From assembly GCA_947601445.1 (NCBI GenBank), contig CANQGD010000001.1, positions 130,417 to 194,416 of the forward strand: a stretch of 64,000 bases of DNA, given 5' to 3'. The position numbers and the translations under genes are program-made. The notes below the pieces were generated by a model, which was not told the origin of the DNA, searched no databases, and saw only the letters and a program-made list of their open reading frames with translations. The DNA is from an uncultured Clostridia bacterium (GTDB lineage Bacteria > Bacillota > Clostridia > Christensenellales > CAG-314). This document shows, piece by piece, positions 17,588 through 28,395 of the stretch (within the stretch, counting starts at the first letter, position 1; every line of letters begins with the position of its first letter).

Positions 17588-17924
17588 TATTCATGTAAAA
17601 TTACCCGAAGATGGGTTTTTTAAATTTTTAAAATGTCGCTTTGTGCTAAAGTTAGTTAATAAATATTTGCTTAAAAGCCTTCCTTACACGCAAAAAAACG
17701 AAATCCTTACGTCAAATTTTATAAGTTATTGGCGCTCATTCCGGGAAAAGCTTGCAAAATTCCTCCTAATAATTTAGAATTTGAAATTTTTTGTTGTCTA
17801 TTTTGAGTACTCGGTTTTGTTTTTTAAATTCTCGTGTAAACGGTGGTAAATTTGTAATTATTTTGAATTAAAAGTTGATTTCTCATTTCGTTCGCCTCTT
17901 AACAAAACTGTTTGTTTCAAAGCT

Positions 17925-19133
17925 TTACAGATTATCCAAAACTTTTTCCAAAGCCAAAATACCGTGCTCGAGCGTGAGTCCGCCTTGCAAATAAACCGTA
18001 TACGGCGGGCGTATGGGACCGTCGCAACTCAGCTCAATTGAGGCGCCCTCCACAAAGCAACCGGCAGCCATTATAACCTTATCGGCATAACCTGCCTGCT
18101 GCCACGGTTCCGGTTTGACAAATCCGTCAACAGGTGAAATACTTTGTATGGCTTGGCAAAATGACGCCATTTTATCGGGATCGCCGAGTTTAACAGAGCA
18201 AACAATATCGCCGAGATGTTCGCCTACGTGCGGAGTTACTTCAAATCCTTGTTTTGCAAGCACGTAAGAAAAAAGCGTAGATATTTTGAGCGCCTGATTT
18301 ACTATATGAGGTGCAAGAAAAATCCCTTGAAAAAATAGCCTGTAACCGGGTTGATATGACCCGACTTCCATTCCCAATGAAGGAGCCGTCAGCCGACCCG
18401 CCACCAATTCGACAAGGTCGGTTTTGCCTGCGATATATCCGCCCGTCGGAGCAATGCCTCCGCCGATATTTTTGATAAAAGAACCGGCACAAATGTCCAC
18501 GCCGACTGTCGTAGGCTCGTGTTTTTCGACAAACTCACCGTAACAATTGTCGCAAAAAACAATGATTTGAGAGTCGATTTTCTTTACAAAACGGCAAATT
18601 TTCTCAATTTGAGCAATGGAAAGCGCAGGACGTAGAGAATACCCTCGCGAGCGTTGAATATACACCATTTTCACGTGATTGTTACGCAGATAATTCTCGA
18701 TTTTATCAAAATCGAATCCGTCGTCAGTAAGATCGATTGCTTCAAAATCAATCCCGAAATCACGCAAACTGCCTATACCGGATTTGAAAACAACATCCAA
18801 AAGAGTGTCATAAGGCATTCCAGTTACCGAAAGTACTCGATCGTTGGGTCGTAAAACGCCGAAAAGCGCCGACGAAATGGCTGCCGTGCCGGAAACGATC
18901 AACGGACTGACAATTGCACTTTCCGTCTCGAATATTTCTGCCACAACATTTCCGAGCGTTTGCCTGCCAACATCATCCGAACCGTATCCGCTGGTTCCAT
19001 TGAAATGTCTCAATGCCACATTGTTGTTTTTAAAAGCGTTTATAACCTTTTCTTCATTGTACAATGAAATTTCGTCTAATTTTGTAAAAATATCCCGAGT
19101 GTTTTGCAATGCTTCCGTTATTTCTTGTCTCAT
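17925..19133 (-). CDS. PLP-dependent Cys/Met-metabolism family protein (YnbB / methionine gamma-lyase-family, so-called aluminium resistance protein)
   Basis: 402 aa. The N-terminus (EISLYNEEKVINAFKNNNVALRHFNGTSGYGSDDVGR) is typical of the YnbB family. It lies near hflX, as ynbA-ynbB do in Bacillus. Confidence 0.75.
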   Translation of the reverse strand: MRQEITEALQNTRDIFTKLDEISLYNEEKVINAFKNNNVALRHFNGTSGYGSDDVGRQTLGNVVAEIFETESAIVSPLIVSGTAAISSALFGVLRPNDRVLSVTGMPYDTLLDVVFKSGIGSLRDFGIDFEAIDLTDDGFDFDKIENYLRNNHVKMVYIQRSRGYSLRPALSIAQIEKICRFVKKIDSQIIVFCDNCYGEFVEKHEPTTVGVDICAGSFIKNIGGGIAPTGGYIAGKTDLVELVAGRLTAPSLGMEVGSYQPGYRLFFQGIFLAPHIVNQALKISTLFSYVLAKQGFEVTPHVGEHLGDIVCSVKLGDPDKMASFCQAIQSISPVDGFVKPEPWQQAGYADKVIMAAGCFVEGASIELSCDGPIRPPYTVYLQGGLTLEHGILALEKVLDNL

Positions 19134-19214
19134 TTGTCTCCTTAAATTACTATGTATGTCATAGTATTCTGTATTTAGTCAATTTATAGAGTAATTTTCA
19201 TGATTTATTGAGTT

Positions 19215-20129
19215 TTATTCGATAATATTTGACAAATTCTTTACTTTTGTATATATATATTGGGCTATTTCATCTGTACTTTCACCGTCGATATTTATAT
19301 ATTCCGTTACGTTCATGCGTTTATAGTACGAAATTTGTCTTTTCGCATAATGTCTCGTGTTTAATTTTATACGACAAATTGCTTCGTCCAAATCAATATT
19401 TCCCTTTAAATACTCCACTATTTCTTTGTAACCTATTGCTTGAAAAGCAGGTGTATCGCAATATCCGTATTTGGCGACAAGTGATTTTACTTCGGCTACA
19501 AGTCCGTTTGAAATCATTTCATCAACACGTTTTTCTATTCGTATGTACAACTGCTCTCTTTCCGATTGCAGAACAAACAGCACCATATTGTATTGAGGAT
19601 TAAACTTTGTATGCCCGCAACTGATGCTGCTTCCGCTTTCGGCAATCTCGATTGCACGAATCACCCTTTTGTAGTTGTGAATATCCACCGATTTTGCTGC
19701 CTGTTCGTCCTTTTCCGCCAGCATTTTTTGCAAAGGTTCGATGCCTTGTTGCTCATAGATCGACAGCAATTCCGCACGTCTTTCCTGTGAAGGATTCCCG
19801 TATTCCGGAGGATAAACCAAGTTGTCGAAATAAAACCCCGTTCCGCCGACGACTATCGGAATCGTCGGCATTGCGTCGATTATTTTTGCCGCTTGTTCTC
19901 GGTATAAAAAAGATGAAAAATTTTCATTCGGGTCAGCCACATCGGTCATATGATGCACAACGCCCTGCATATCACGCAAACCGAGTTTTGCTGTTCCTAT
20001 GTCCATTCCCCTGTATATTTGCATCGAGTCGGCGGAAATAACCTCTGTACCCATATACTTTGCGAGCTGCACCGCAACGTCGGACTTGCCAACCGATGTT
20101 GTACCCGTTATTCCAACAAAAGTTTTCAT
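19215..20129 (-). CDS. miaA: tRNA dimethylallyltransferase
   Basis: P-loop GTTSVGKS, ISADSMQIYRGMDIGTAK. Lies in the miaA-mutL-mutS-miaB block. Confidence 0.93.
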   Translation of the reverse strand: MKTFVGITGTTSVGKSDVAVQLAKYMGTEVISADSMQIYRGMDIGTAKLGLRDMQGVVHHMTDVADPNENFSSFLYREQAAKIIDAMPTIPIVVGGTGFYFDNLVYPPEYGNPSQERRAELLSIYEQQGIEPLQKMLAEKDEQAAKSVDIHNYKRVIRAIEIAESGSSISCGHTKFNPQYNMVLFVLQSEREQLYIRIEKRVDEMISNGLVAEVKSLVAKYGYCDTPAFQAIGYKEIVEYLKGNIDLDEAICRIKLNTRHYAKRQISYYKRMNVTEYINIDGESTDEIAQYIYTKVKNLSNIIE

Positions 20130-22025
20130 TTACACAATCCTCTTGAACAGCTTTTCAATCTGAGCCTTGGTAAAAATCACAGTTATCGGTCTTCCGTGCG
20201 GACATTGCAAAATTTGGTTGTCGCAAACTTGTTTCAATATGTATTTTATTTCATATTCATTTAGCGCATAGCCGGCTTTTACGGCTGCTTTACATGCTTT
20301 CTTTGCAATTTTTTCCACAATCAGCGCATGATCGTCAATTTTAAATTCCTCAATCGAAGAAAGCAAAAATTTCACAAAATCCTGCATCTGCAAATCCGTA
20401 AGCAATGTTGATATTGCGGTTATGCGAAAAGTATTTCTTCCGAAATTTTCCACTTCTATTCCTGCCGACAGAATATCCTGTCGGTTTTCTTCGATAAACA
20501 GAGCCTCTTCATCGCTAACGCTGAAAACATACGGTATTACAGCCTGCATATCGTTTGTTCTGTTTTGCATAAAGTTGTCAAACAACAGTCTCTCGTGCGC
20601 GGCGTGCTGATCCACAAAAATAACTTTATCGTCTATTTCCAGTATCAAATATGTTTTGAAAGCAACGCCCAATATTTTAGCTTTATCAAACAACAAATCT
20701 TCTTCGCTCGGGATATAGGTCGTCGTTTGAGGTTGTATAATCAGTGCATCGGGGTGTTTTACTTGGTCTTGATTGTCCCATCCCAAATTTGCTCGCGCCT
20801 TTTCCACGGTTACTTCGCGTTCCAACAGTGCGCCCAATTCGCTAAGAGATTTTTTTCGATCCGCTTCTTCGGTGGATTTTTCCATTGCGTTGACGGCAGC
20901 CGTCTGATCTCTGTTCATACAGTCCAGTCGGTCTTCTTCGGCAAGCCTGTTGAATACTGTAATAAAATCCTCTTGGCTATATTTAGGAGAATCACTTTCA
21001 GACTGCTGTCTCGCAAAAATTTCGTTCGAACGTTGTTCTGTGTAATTGTTCAAAGCGTTTGAAACGCAGTTATAAAAAGCACCGCATACTTTGCGCGAAT
21101 CGAAAAATCTTACTTCACTCTTTTTGGGATGCACGTTGACGTCCACCATATCGCTCGGAATATATAAATCAAGAATATATACGGGAAACTGACGCGTCAT
21201 CAAGTAATTTTTGTAAGCCTGCGCTATGGCGCCGGAAATGCCTTGGTCCGCAACGTACCGGTGATTTACGGAAAGAGTTTGAAAGTTTTTGTTGGACTTG
21301 GTCAGTTCGGGACTGCCTATGTATCCTTCGATACGCATATTTTCACGCGCGTAGTCTACCTTTATACAATTTGCCAAAAAGTCCGTCCCGTAAATGGCGA
21401 AAATGGCTTCTTCCAAGCCGTTTCCCTTTGTGGAATACACTGTCTTTCCGTCCGAAATGTATGTAATTTCCAATGTCGAATTGGTCAAAATCAGTTTGGA
21501 CACAAATTTTGTAATCTCGGCATTCTCCGCCGTGCAACTTTTCAGAAACTTTTTGCGAGCAGGCATATTATAAAATAAATCTATAACTTCTATTTTGGTT
21601 CCGAAGTTGGTTGCGACAAACTGCTTGTCCGATACTTTTCCGTCCTCAACATACACTTTGGTCGCGGTTTCCGCATTACGTGTGCGTGTTGTAAGCGTAA
21701 TCTTGGATACCGCCGCAATGCTTGAAAGCGCCTCTCCTCTAAACCCCAATGTATCGATGGCGCGCAGATTTTCCGCGCTCTGCAATTTGCTTGTGGCATG
21801 GTTAAGAAACGCGAGATCAACGTCATCTGCCGATATTCCGTAGCCGTTGTCGCTTACGGAAATCAATTCGAGTCCGCCCTTTGTGACTTCTATTACTATC
21901 CTTGTCGCGCCTGAATCGATGCTGTTTTCCACCAATTCTTTTACTGCGCCGTACGGTCGTTCCACCACCTCACCGGCAGCTATTTTATTGTATACGGATG
22001 GCGTCAATAATTTTATACTACCCAT
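20130..22025 (-). CDS. mutL: DNA mismatch repair protein MutL
   Basis: 631 aa. GHKL ATPase motifs (IAAGEVVERPYGAVKELVENSIDSGAT, DNGYGI, GFRGEAL). C-terminal dimerisation/endonuclease region (DQHAAHERLLF). Confidence 0.95.
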   Translation of the reverse strand: MGSIKLLTPSVYNKIAAGEVVERPYGAVKELVENSIDSGATRIVIEVTKGGLELISVSDNGYGISADDVDLAFLNHATSKLQSAENLRAIDTLGFRGEALSSIAAVSKITLTTRTRNAETATKVYVEDGKVSDKQFVATNFGTKIEVIDLFYNMPARKKFLKSCTAENAEITKFVSKLILTNSTLEITYISDGKTVYSTKGNGLEEAIFAIYGTDFLANCIKVDYARENMRIEGYIGSPELTKSNKNFQTLSVNHRYVADQGISGAIAQAYKNYLMTRQFPVYILDLYIPSDMVDVNVHPKKSEVRFFDSRKVCGAFYNCVSNALNNYTEQRSNEIFARQQSESDSPKYSQEDFITVFNRLAEEDRLDCMNRDQTAAVNAMEKSTEEADRKKSLSELGALLEREVTVEKARANLGWDNQDQVKHPDALIIQPQTTTYIPSEEDLLFDKAKILGVAFKTYLILEIDDKVIFVDQHAAHERLLFDNFMQNRTNDMQAVIPYVFSVSDEEALFIEENRQDILSAGIEVENFGRNTFRITAISTLLTDLQMQDFVKFLLSSIEEFKIDDHALIVEKIAKKACKAAVKAGYALNEYEIKYILKQVCDNQILQCPHGRPITVIFTKAQIEKLFKRIV

Positions 22026-24618
22026 TTGTCTTTACCTTTTTTACCAACGAATTTAAAATGTCAAACGCCTCTATCGGAGAAATTCGATCCATATCTATGT
22101 CTCGCAAAATCGAACTGACTTCCTGAGATGTTTTCGTCACTTGCCGCGTCGAACCGATTTGCTGGACTTCGTCCAAATTGAGACTTATGTTACTGTTTTC
22201 CAGCATAGTGACGATTTCACGCGCTCGTGTACAAACATCGTTCGGAACGCCCGCAAGAGCCGCCACTTCTATTCCGAAACTCTTGTTCGTACCTCCGCGT
22301 GCGATTTTATGTAAAAATACAATCGTACCGTTGAGTTCTTTTACCGTTATTCTGTAATTTTTAACTCCTTCCACCCTGCCTTCCAAGTCGGTTAGTTCGT
22401 GATAATGAGTAGAAAACAATGTTTTGGCGCGAATATTTTTTGAAACATACTCCATTACCGCCCAAGCTATGGACAAGCCGTCGAATGTGGAAGTTCCCCG
22501 CCCAACCTCATCGAGAATTATCAGACTGTTTTGAGTTGCATTGTTGAGGATATTGGCAACTTCCACCATTTCCACCATAAAAGTACTTTGATTGAAAGCA
22601 ATATCGTCGCTTGCTCCTACGCGCGTAAAAATCTTATCCACAATGGGAATCTCCGCGCTTTTGGCAGGCACAAACGAGCCTATATGCGCCATCAAGGTAA
22701 TCAATGCAACCTGCCGCATATATGTGCTTTTACCTGCCATATTTGGACCGGTAATTATCATCGTACGATTTTCATCCGTATCGAGATTGACGTCGTTTGC
22801 AATAAAGTTATCGCGTTTGAGATAACACTCCACAATCGGATGTCTGCCGTCGGTAATGTGCAATTGCGTCCCCGTAGAATTGATTTTCGGCTTGCAATAT
22901 CCATTGGATTGAGCGACCGACGCAAGAGAGTTTATGCAATCCAATGCGGCAATCGCTTGCGCCGTTTGCTGCATAATCGGTATATATTGCAAAAGGTTGT
23001 TGCGCAGCTCGTCAAACAACTTTTTTTGCAACTTTATCTTGTTCTCCATTGCGGTAAGCATCTTTTCTTCCAACTCTTTCAGTTCGGGACTGACAAATCT
23101 TTCGCCGTTGGTAAGAGTCTGTTTGCGAATAAAGTTATCCGGAGCGAGATTCAACATTGAATTTGTTATTTCAAAATAATAACCGAATACTTTGTTGTAA
23201 CCCAATTTGAGGTTTTTAATTCCCGTACGGTTGCGTTCATATTCCTCCAAGGCGGAAATACGCGCGCCGCCGTGTCGGGCGAGATCGTACAATTCGTCCA
23301 ATTCGGCATTGTAACCTTCCAAAATGTAATCCGTCGTATCCTTTATAACCGCCGGGACGTTCGGGTTTATCGCCCTACCGATAAGGTCTGCCGCTTGAGG
23401 TACAACGGAAATCGAATTGTCGATTTCGCGTAAAAGTTTGCTTTGAGCACGGTTGAGCAATCTTTTTATGTCGGGAAGCAATTCAAGCGATTCTTTCAGA
23501 CTGACGCAATCCTTGGGAGTAACGTTGTTGTACGCGATCTTTCCCACCAATCTTTCGATGTCGCTCATTCTGTGCAGTAGTTTTGCTATTTCGGAACGCA
23601 AAACGTAACCGCGGAACAATTCCTCCACCGCATCCAGGCGTAAGTTGATTTGAGACGCCTTTTGCAGCGGTCTGTCAATCCAATCGGACAACATTCTTGC
23701 GCCCATACTTGTCTCTGTTTTATCCAATAGCCACAGCAAGCTGCCTTTACGCTTACCTTCGCGATAACTCACGGTCAGTTCGAGGTTTTTACGCGTTTTG
23801 ACGTCTATGGACATATATTTATTTTTTTCAACATATTTTATTGGCTTTATGTGCGGCAATTCGCGTTTTTGTGTTTCTTTTAGATATTGAAACATCGCTC
23901 CGCAAGCACATATAGCCGCCGTTTTTCCTTGTACTCCGAATCCTTCCAAAGTATTGATTTTGTAGTGATTCAACAATTTTTCTTTGGCAAAACGCTTGTC
24001 AAAGTTATCTTCGTCATATGCGGAAAATTCGGGAATATATCCCGCTCGGACACATTCCAAACCAGCGGAGAGTTCTCGCGCAGTATTATTGGCAATAACT
24101 TCCGCAGGTTTATAACTTACCAAAAATTCCTGCAAATCTTTAATATGCGTTACTCCGTCAAACTCCGAGACAAACACATCGCCCGTAGACAAATCGCACA
24201 GAGCTACGCCAATCTTGCCGTCGGCGTAAACCGCTGCGATAAAATTGCTTCTGCCGCCTTCGAGAATTTCGCTTTCCATCACCGTTCCGGGAGTTATAAC
24301 ACGTACGACATCGCGATCGACAAGCTGTTTGCCGTTAGGTTCGCTGAGTTGTTCGCAAATAGCAACTTTTTCTCCTGCCGCAATCAGTTTGGCAATGTAG
24401 GCGTCAACCGCATGATACGGAACTCCGCACATCGGCGCACGTTCTTCGAGACCGCAGTTTTTGCCCGTTAATGTCAGGTCCAATATTTTGCTTGCCTTTT
24501 CGGCGTCCTCGAAAAACATTTCGTAAAAGTCGCCGAGGCGATACAACAATATACAATCTTTGTACTGCTCCTTGGTTTGCAGATAATTTTTCATCATAGG
24601 TGAAAGTTTATCGTTCAT
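22018..24618 (-). CDS. mutS: DNA mismatch repair protein MutS
   Basis: N-terminus MNDKLSPMMKNYLQTKEQYKDCILLYRLGDFYEMFFEDA. Walker A GPNMAGKST. Start set at ATG 24618 (GGAGG RBS, ATGA overlap with the miaB stop) instead of the ORF-track 24711. Confidence 0.95.
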   Translation of the reverse strand: MNDKLSPMMKNYLQTKEQYKDCILLYRLGDFYEMFFEDAEKASKILDLTLTGKNCGLEERAPMCGVPYHAVDAYIAKLIAAGEKVAICEQLSEPNGKQLVDRDVVRVITPGTVMESEILEGGRSNFIAAVYADGKIGVALCDLSTGDVFVSEFDGVTHIKDLQEFLVSYKPAEVIANNTARELSAGLECVRAGYIPEFSAYDEDNFDKRFAKEKLLNHYKINTLEGFGVQGKTAAICACGAMFQYLKETQKRELPHIKPIKYVEKNKYMSIDVKTRKNLELTVSYREGKRKGSLLWLLDKTETSMGARMLSDWIDRPLQKASQINLRLDAVEELFRGYVLRSEIAKLLHRMSDIERLVGKIAYNNVTPKDCVSLKESLELLPDIKRLLNRAQSKLLREIDNSISVVPQAADLIGRAINPNVPAVIKDTTDYILEGYNAELDELYDLARHGGARISALEEYERNRTGIKNLKLGYNKVFGYYFEITNSMLNLAPDNFIRKQTLTNGERFVSPELKELEEKMLTAMENKIKLQKKLFDELRNNLLQYIPIMQQTAQAIAALDCINSLASVAQSNGYCKPKINSTGTQLHITDGRHPIVECYLKRDNFIANDVNLDTDENRTMIITGPNMAGKSTYMRQVALITLMAHIGSFVPAKSAEIPIVDKIFTRVGASDDIAFNQSTFMVEMVEVANILNNATQNSLIILDEVGRGTSTFDGLSIAWAVMEYVSKNIRAKTLFSTHYHELTDLEGRVEGVKNYRITVKELNGTIVFLHKIARGGTNKSFGIEVAALAGVPNDVCTRAREIVTMLENSNISLNLDEVQQIGSTRQVTKTSQEVSSILRDIDMDRISPIEAFDILNSLVKKVKTNG

Positions 24619-25964
24619 TGTGCCTCCGTAATTATGTTCCCCCAAAGCGTAGCCGAGTTTGCTCGCTCGATTTCCACTGTGACAAACTGCCCTATTTGCG
24701 ATTTGTCGCATTTAAAATTTACAAGCCGTCCGCTTTCCGTTCGACCGCACATAGTATTCTGATAATGAGAGTTTTCCCCTTCTACCAACACTTCATATCG
24801 AAGCCCCAACATCGAACGGCTGATTTGCTTGGTTACTTCGTTTTGACATGATAGCAACCGCGTTATTCTGTCTTTTTTAACGGGATAAGGGATTTGATCG
24901 TTCATAGAATAAGCGGGCGTTCCTTTGCGTCTCGAATAAACAAAACAAAATGCGGAACTGAATTTAACACGCCGTACGAGATCCAACGTGTCCTCGAAAT
25001 CCTGCTCGGTTTCTCCGGGGAAGCCCACCATGATGTCTGTTGTAATACCCACATCGGGAAGTTTCGCTCTTATTTTGTCGATAAGCGCAAAGTAATCGTC
25101 CCTCGTATATCTACGGTTCATTCTGCGCAGAATTTCCGTACTGCCGCTTTGAACGGGCAGATGAATATTATTGCATATAGTCGGATATTCCGCTATCGCG
25201 TCTATCACATCCTGCGACAAATCTTTGGGATGCGAAGTCATGAAACGCAAGCGAAATTTTCCGTCTGTCTTGCCGATTTCATGAAGCAAGCTTGCAAACG
25301 TAACGCCGTTGTCGAGATCATGTCCGTAAGAATTGACGTTTTGTCCGAGCAACGTTATTTCTTTATAGCCGTCGGCAAGCAAGCGTCTTATTTCTGTCAT
25401 TACATCTTCCAACGGACGACTGCGTTCACGTCCGCGAACATAGGGTACAATGCAGTAAGTGCAAAAGTTGTTGCACCCGTAGTTGATATTGACCCAAGCA
25501 TTCGGATAGCTTGTGCGTGCCTCGTAAAAATCCTCTTCGCGATATTTCAAAAATTCAACATTGCTGTATTTTTTCTTTTTTTGAGCGGAAACAAGCGCCT
25601 CTTTCAGCAGATTGAGATTGCTTGTACCCAATACAACGTCAATAAACGGATAGCTTGTTCTTATTTTTTCCGCGACGCCTTCCTGTTGCGACATACAGCC
25701 GCACACGACGGCTATCATGTTCGGATTGGTTCGTTTCAGTTTTTTTATTGCACCGATATGACCGTATATTTTTTGTTCGGCAGTTTCTCGGATACAACAT
25801 GTGTTAAAAACAATGACATCGGCAAGTTCCGCCTTGTCGCATGCTTCATACCCGAGTTGCTCCAATATTCCCGCAATCTTTTCAGAATCATGGATATTCA
25901 TCTGACATCCGTATGTGTGGATAAAATAATTCAAAATAACCTCCGAAAGTATCTCATTTGACAA
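24615..25964 (-). CDS. miaB: tRNA-2-methylthio-N6-dimethylallyladenosine synthase
   Basis: 449 aa. MTTase N-domain (TYGCQMN, NTCCIRE), radical SAM CNNFCTYCIVP, TRAM domain. Confidence 0.92.
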   Translation of the reverse strand: MSNEILSEVILNYFIHTYGCQMNIHDSEKIAGILEQLGYEACDKAELADVIVFNTCCIRETAEQKIYGHIGAIKKLKRTNPNMIAVVCGCMSQQEGVAEKIRTSYPFIDVVLGTSNLNLLKEALVSAQKKKKYSNVEFLKYREEDFYEARTSYPNAWVNINYGCNNFCTYCIVPYVRGRERSRPLEDVMTEIRRLLADGYKEITLLGQNVNSYGHDLDNGVTFASLLHEIGKTDGKFRLRFMTSHPKDLSQDVIDAIAEYPTICNNIHLPVQSGSTEILRRMNRRYTRDDYFALIDKIRAKLPDVGITTDIMVGFPGETEQDFEDTLDLVRRVKFSSAFCFVYSRRKGTPAYSMNDQIPYPVKKDRITRLLSCQNEVTKQISRSMLGLRYEVLVEGENSHYQNTMCGRTESGRLVNFKCDKSQIGQFVTVEIERANSATLWGNIITEAQ

Positions 25965-26054
25965 ACTTTCACTAATAACAATATTCTACTATTATTTCAA
26001 TATTTTTTCAAGAGAAATAAATATAAAAGTATAAATCACAAAAAATATCAGTGT

Positions 26055-28289
26055 ATGAGAAAGAAATTTTGGAAAATTTTCGGAATAGTTTGTTCTTCCA
26101 TTATCATTACCGTAACTCTCGGCGCGGTAATATTTTTTAGCAGTTTTCGCAACAGTGCCGACTTTGTAACGTTTGATAAAGGCAAACTTAACGAGGTATA
26201 TACATCGTTAACGGTTTTGGATGACGACGGAATGCCGCTCAACGAACCGTTGTATTTAAACGACTACAAACAAATTCCTCTTTCCGCTCTGCATAATTAT
26301 ACCTACAATGCGTTTGTTGCCGTAGAAGACAAGCGATTTTTCGATCACAACGGCATAGATTTCAAACGCGTTATCGGAGCGGCGTTACACAACTTAAAAA
26401 GCAAAAGTTACAAAGAGGGTGCGTCTACCATTAGTCAACAGTTGATAAAAAACACGCATCTGGACAATTCAAAAACGCTAAAACGCAAGCTTAATGAAAT
26501 GATGCTCGCAACCGATTTGGAAAAATCTTACAGTAAAGACGAAATCCTCGAAATGTATGTGAACACGATATATTTCGGACGGCACGCATATGGAATAGAA
26601 AGTGCGGCAAACGTCTATTTCAATAAAAGCGCGGCGGATTTGACTCTTTCGGAAAGTGCCGTACTTGCGGGAATGATAAAAGCGCCAAATGTTTATGCGC
26701 CCGATAAAAACGAAGAAAAATGTAAAGCGCGCAGAGATACCGTACTTAAACTTATGTTGAATCAAAATTTTATCGACAACGATGCTTATTCGGAGGCAAT
26801 TGCCGAAAAAATCGTATACAATCCGCAGACGTCACGTTCGGAGCGCAACTATATTTATCATGTCATGCAAGAGGCATGTCGATTACTCAACATGAGCCCG
26901 CTGCAACTTGCAAAATCGGATTTTGTAATTGAAACCTATTGTAACAAACGTACTCAACATCTCCTTACGGAAATGGCAAATGCGGACACTACTCAAACCG
27001 TCGCAGGACAAAATGCCGATATATCTGCAATAGTACTTAATAACAAAGGCGGAGTTGAGGCATGTCTTTTACGCGGCGAAACCGCAGGAACAAGCAGGCA
27101 AGTAGGCAGCGCTCTGAAGCCCATCGCCGTTTATACGCCCGCATTGAATGAAAAAATCATTACACAGGCATCGCCCGTTCTCGACGAGGAAACGGATTTC
27201 AACGGATACCGTCCGACAAATGCGGGAGGATACAATGGGTGGACCACCGTCAAATACGCCGTTGCAAAAAGTCTCAATGTGCCTGCGGTTAAAACGCTCA
27301 ATGCCCTTACTTTGCCCACCGCACAAAAATATCTCGCCGAATTTGGCATCAACGGACAACAAAATTTGTCGTTGGCTCTTGGCAATGCCGAAGGCGGAAT
27401 GGATATATTTACACTCGCCAAATGTTATGCGGCGCTTTCCAATGACGGGCAAGTAAACGAAACGGGGTTCATAAAAAGAATATACAATTCCCAAGGACTT
27501 GTTTATAGTCGCAAATTGCAAGACAAAAGAGTGTTTCAATCCGGTGCGGATTTTTTAATGACGGATATGCTATTGAATACCGTGGAATCGGGCACTGCAA
27601 AATCGCTCAAAAGCGACAGATTTCAAGTAGCGGCGAAAACAGGTACCGTGGGAAACGCTGACGGCAATACCGACGCTCTTGTTGCAGGATACACCACCGA
27701 AAATACTTTTGTCGTATGGTATAGCGGCGACTTACCCAATCAAGTAAACGGAGCAACTGCGCCTTGCGTATTCGGAAGAAAATTGTTGACCGAGATTTAC
27801 GCTTCATCCGTGCCCGACAATTTTACACCGCCGTCAAGCGTCGTCAGGTTGAGCGTAGATAAAGAAAATCTTTACGAAAATCAATTGATCACGCGATGTG
27901 AAAACGGAGAAAAGTTTTGGTTTGATAAAACCAATCAGCCCAAAGAAATATCGGTCCAAACCGAATACGACTATTTGCTCGACGTCACTACGGAAGGTTC
28001 CTTTGTAACGGTAAAGTTGCCTTGTGTAAACGGAATTTGGCAACTTTACAAACAGACTACCAATAAGCCTCAAAAAGTTTCCTTTTGCGACAATATTTTT
28101 CGTGAAGAAATAGAAAGCGATACGATATATTACGCAGAATTGTATGAAAAAAACAAATTGGTATACACCACTCCGTCGGCAAAAGTTTATTCTGTAAAAC
28201 AAAACGACAATACCGATTTGACGGAAGAAAATGAACCTCCGACAAAATGGGATTTGCCTGATTTGACAAACTTTTGGTATTGGGGATAA
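26055..28289 (+). CDS. Class A penicillin-binding protein (GT51 glycosyltransferase + transpeptidase)
   Basis: N-terminal TM segment. GT51 motifs EDKRFFDHNGID, GASTISQQLIKN, RKLNEM. Transpeptidase motifs SALKP and KTGT. Confidence 0.9.
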   Translation: MRKKFWKIFGIVCSSIIITVTLGAVIFFSSFRNSADFVTFDKGKLNEVYTSLTVLDDDGMPLNEPLYLNDYKQIPLSALHNYTYNAFVAVEDKRFFDHNGIDFKRVIGAALHNLKSKSYKEGASTISQQLIKNTHLDNSKTLKRKLNEMMLATDLEKSYSKDEILEMYVNTIYFGRHAYGIESAANVYFNKSAADLTLSESAVLAGMIKAPNVYAPDKNEEKCKARRDTVLKLMLNQNFIDNDAYSEAIAEKIVYNPQTSRSERNYIYHVMQEACRLLNMSPLQLAKSDFVIETYCNKRTQHLLTEMANADTTQTVAGQNADISAIVLNNKGGVEACLLRGETAGTSRQVGSALKPIAVYTPALNEKIITQASPVLDEETDFNGYRPTNAGGYNGWTTVKYAVAKSLNVPAVKTLNALTLPTAQKYLAEFGINGQQNLSLALGNAEGGMDIFTLAKCYAALSNDGQVNETGFIKRIYNSQGLVYSRKLQDKRVFQSGADFLMTDMLLNTVESGTAKSLKSDRFQVAAKTGTVGNADGNTDALVAGYTTENTFVVWYSGDLPNQVNGATAPCVFGRKLLTEIYASSVPDNFTPPSSVVRLSVDKENLYENQLITRCENGEKFWFDKTNQPKEISVQTEYDYLLDVTTEGSFVTVKLPCVNGIWQLYKQTTNKPQKVSFCDNIFREEIESDTIYYAELYEKNKLVYTTPSAKVYSVKQNDNTDLTEENEPPTKWDLPDLTNFWYWG

Positions 28290-28357
28290 ATCAAAAACCG
28301 TCAATACCATCGGCTTATTTGAAAAAACCCTATAAAAATCAAAATAAGGTAAAAATA

Positions 28358-28395
28358 TTGTCTGACGGCGGCTATACGCTGTCAGACAAGTTTTA
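28358..28395 (+). terminator. Terminator after the PBP gene
   Basis: TTGTCTGAC / GTCAGACAA 9-bp stem followed by GTTTTA. Confidence 0.5.

Noticed and set aside
17520-17590. Possible CRISPR-like or tandem-repeat array (TAGTTAYTTGA x3).
   Set aside because: The repeats are only 11 nt long with 4-19 nt between them. There are no further units and no cas genes in the window. They are reported only as short direct repeats.
24894-25961. Very long ORFs antisense to clear genes. Examples: 355 aa opposite miaB, 293 aa at 54253-55134 opposite deoB, 297 aa at 29078-29971 opposite thiI, 293 aa at 8396-9277 opposite rny and 247 aa at 3127-3870 opposite recA.
   Set aside because: Each lies fully inside a gene with unmistakable conserved motifs on the other strand. 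Their translations are low-complexity (rich in F/I/C/R) with no motifs or RBS. They are shadow ORFs typical of this codon bias.
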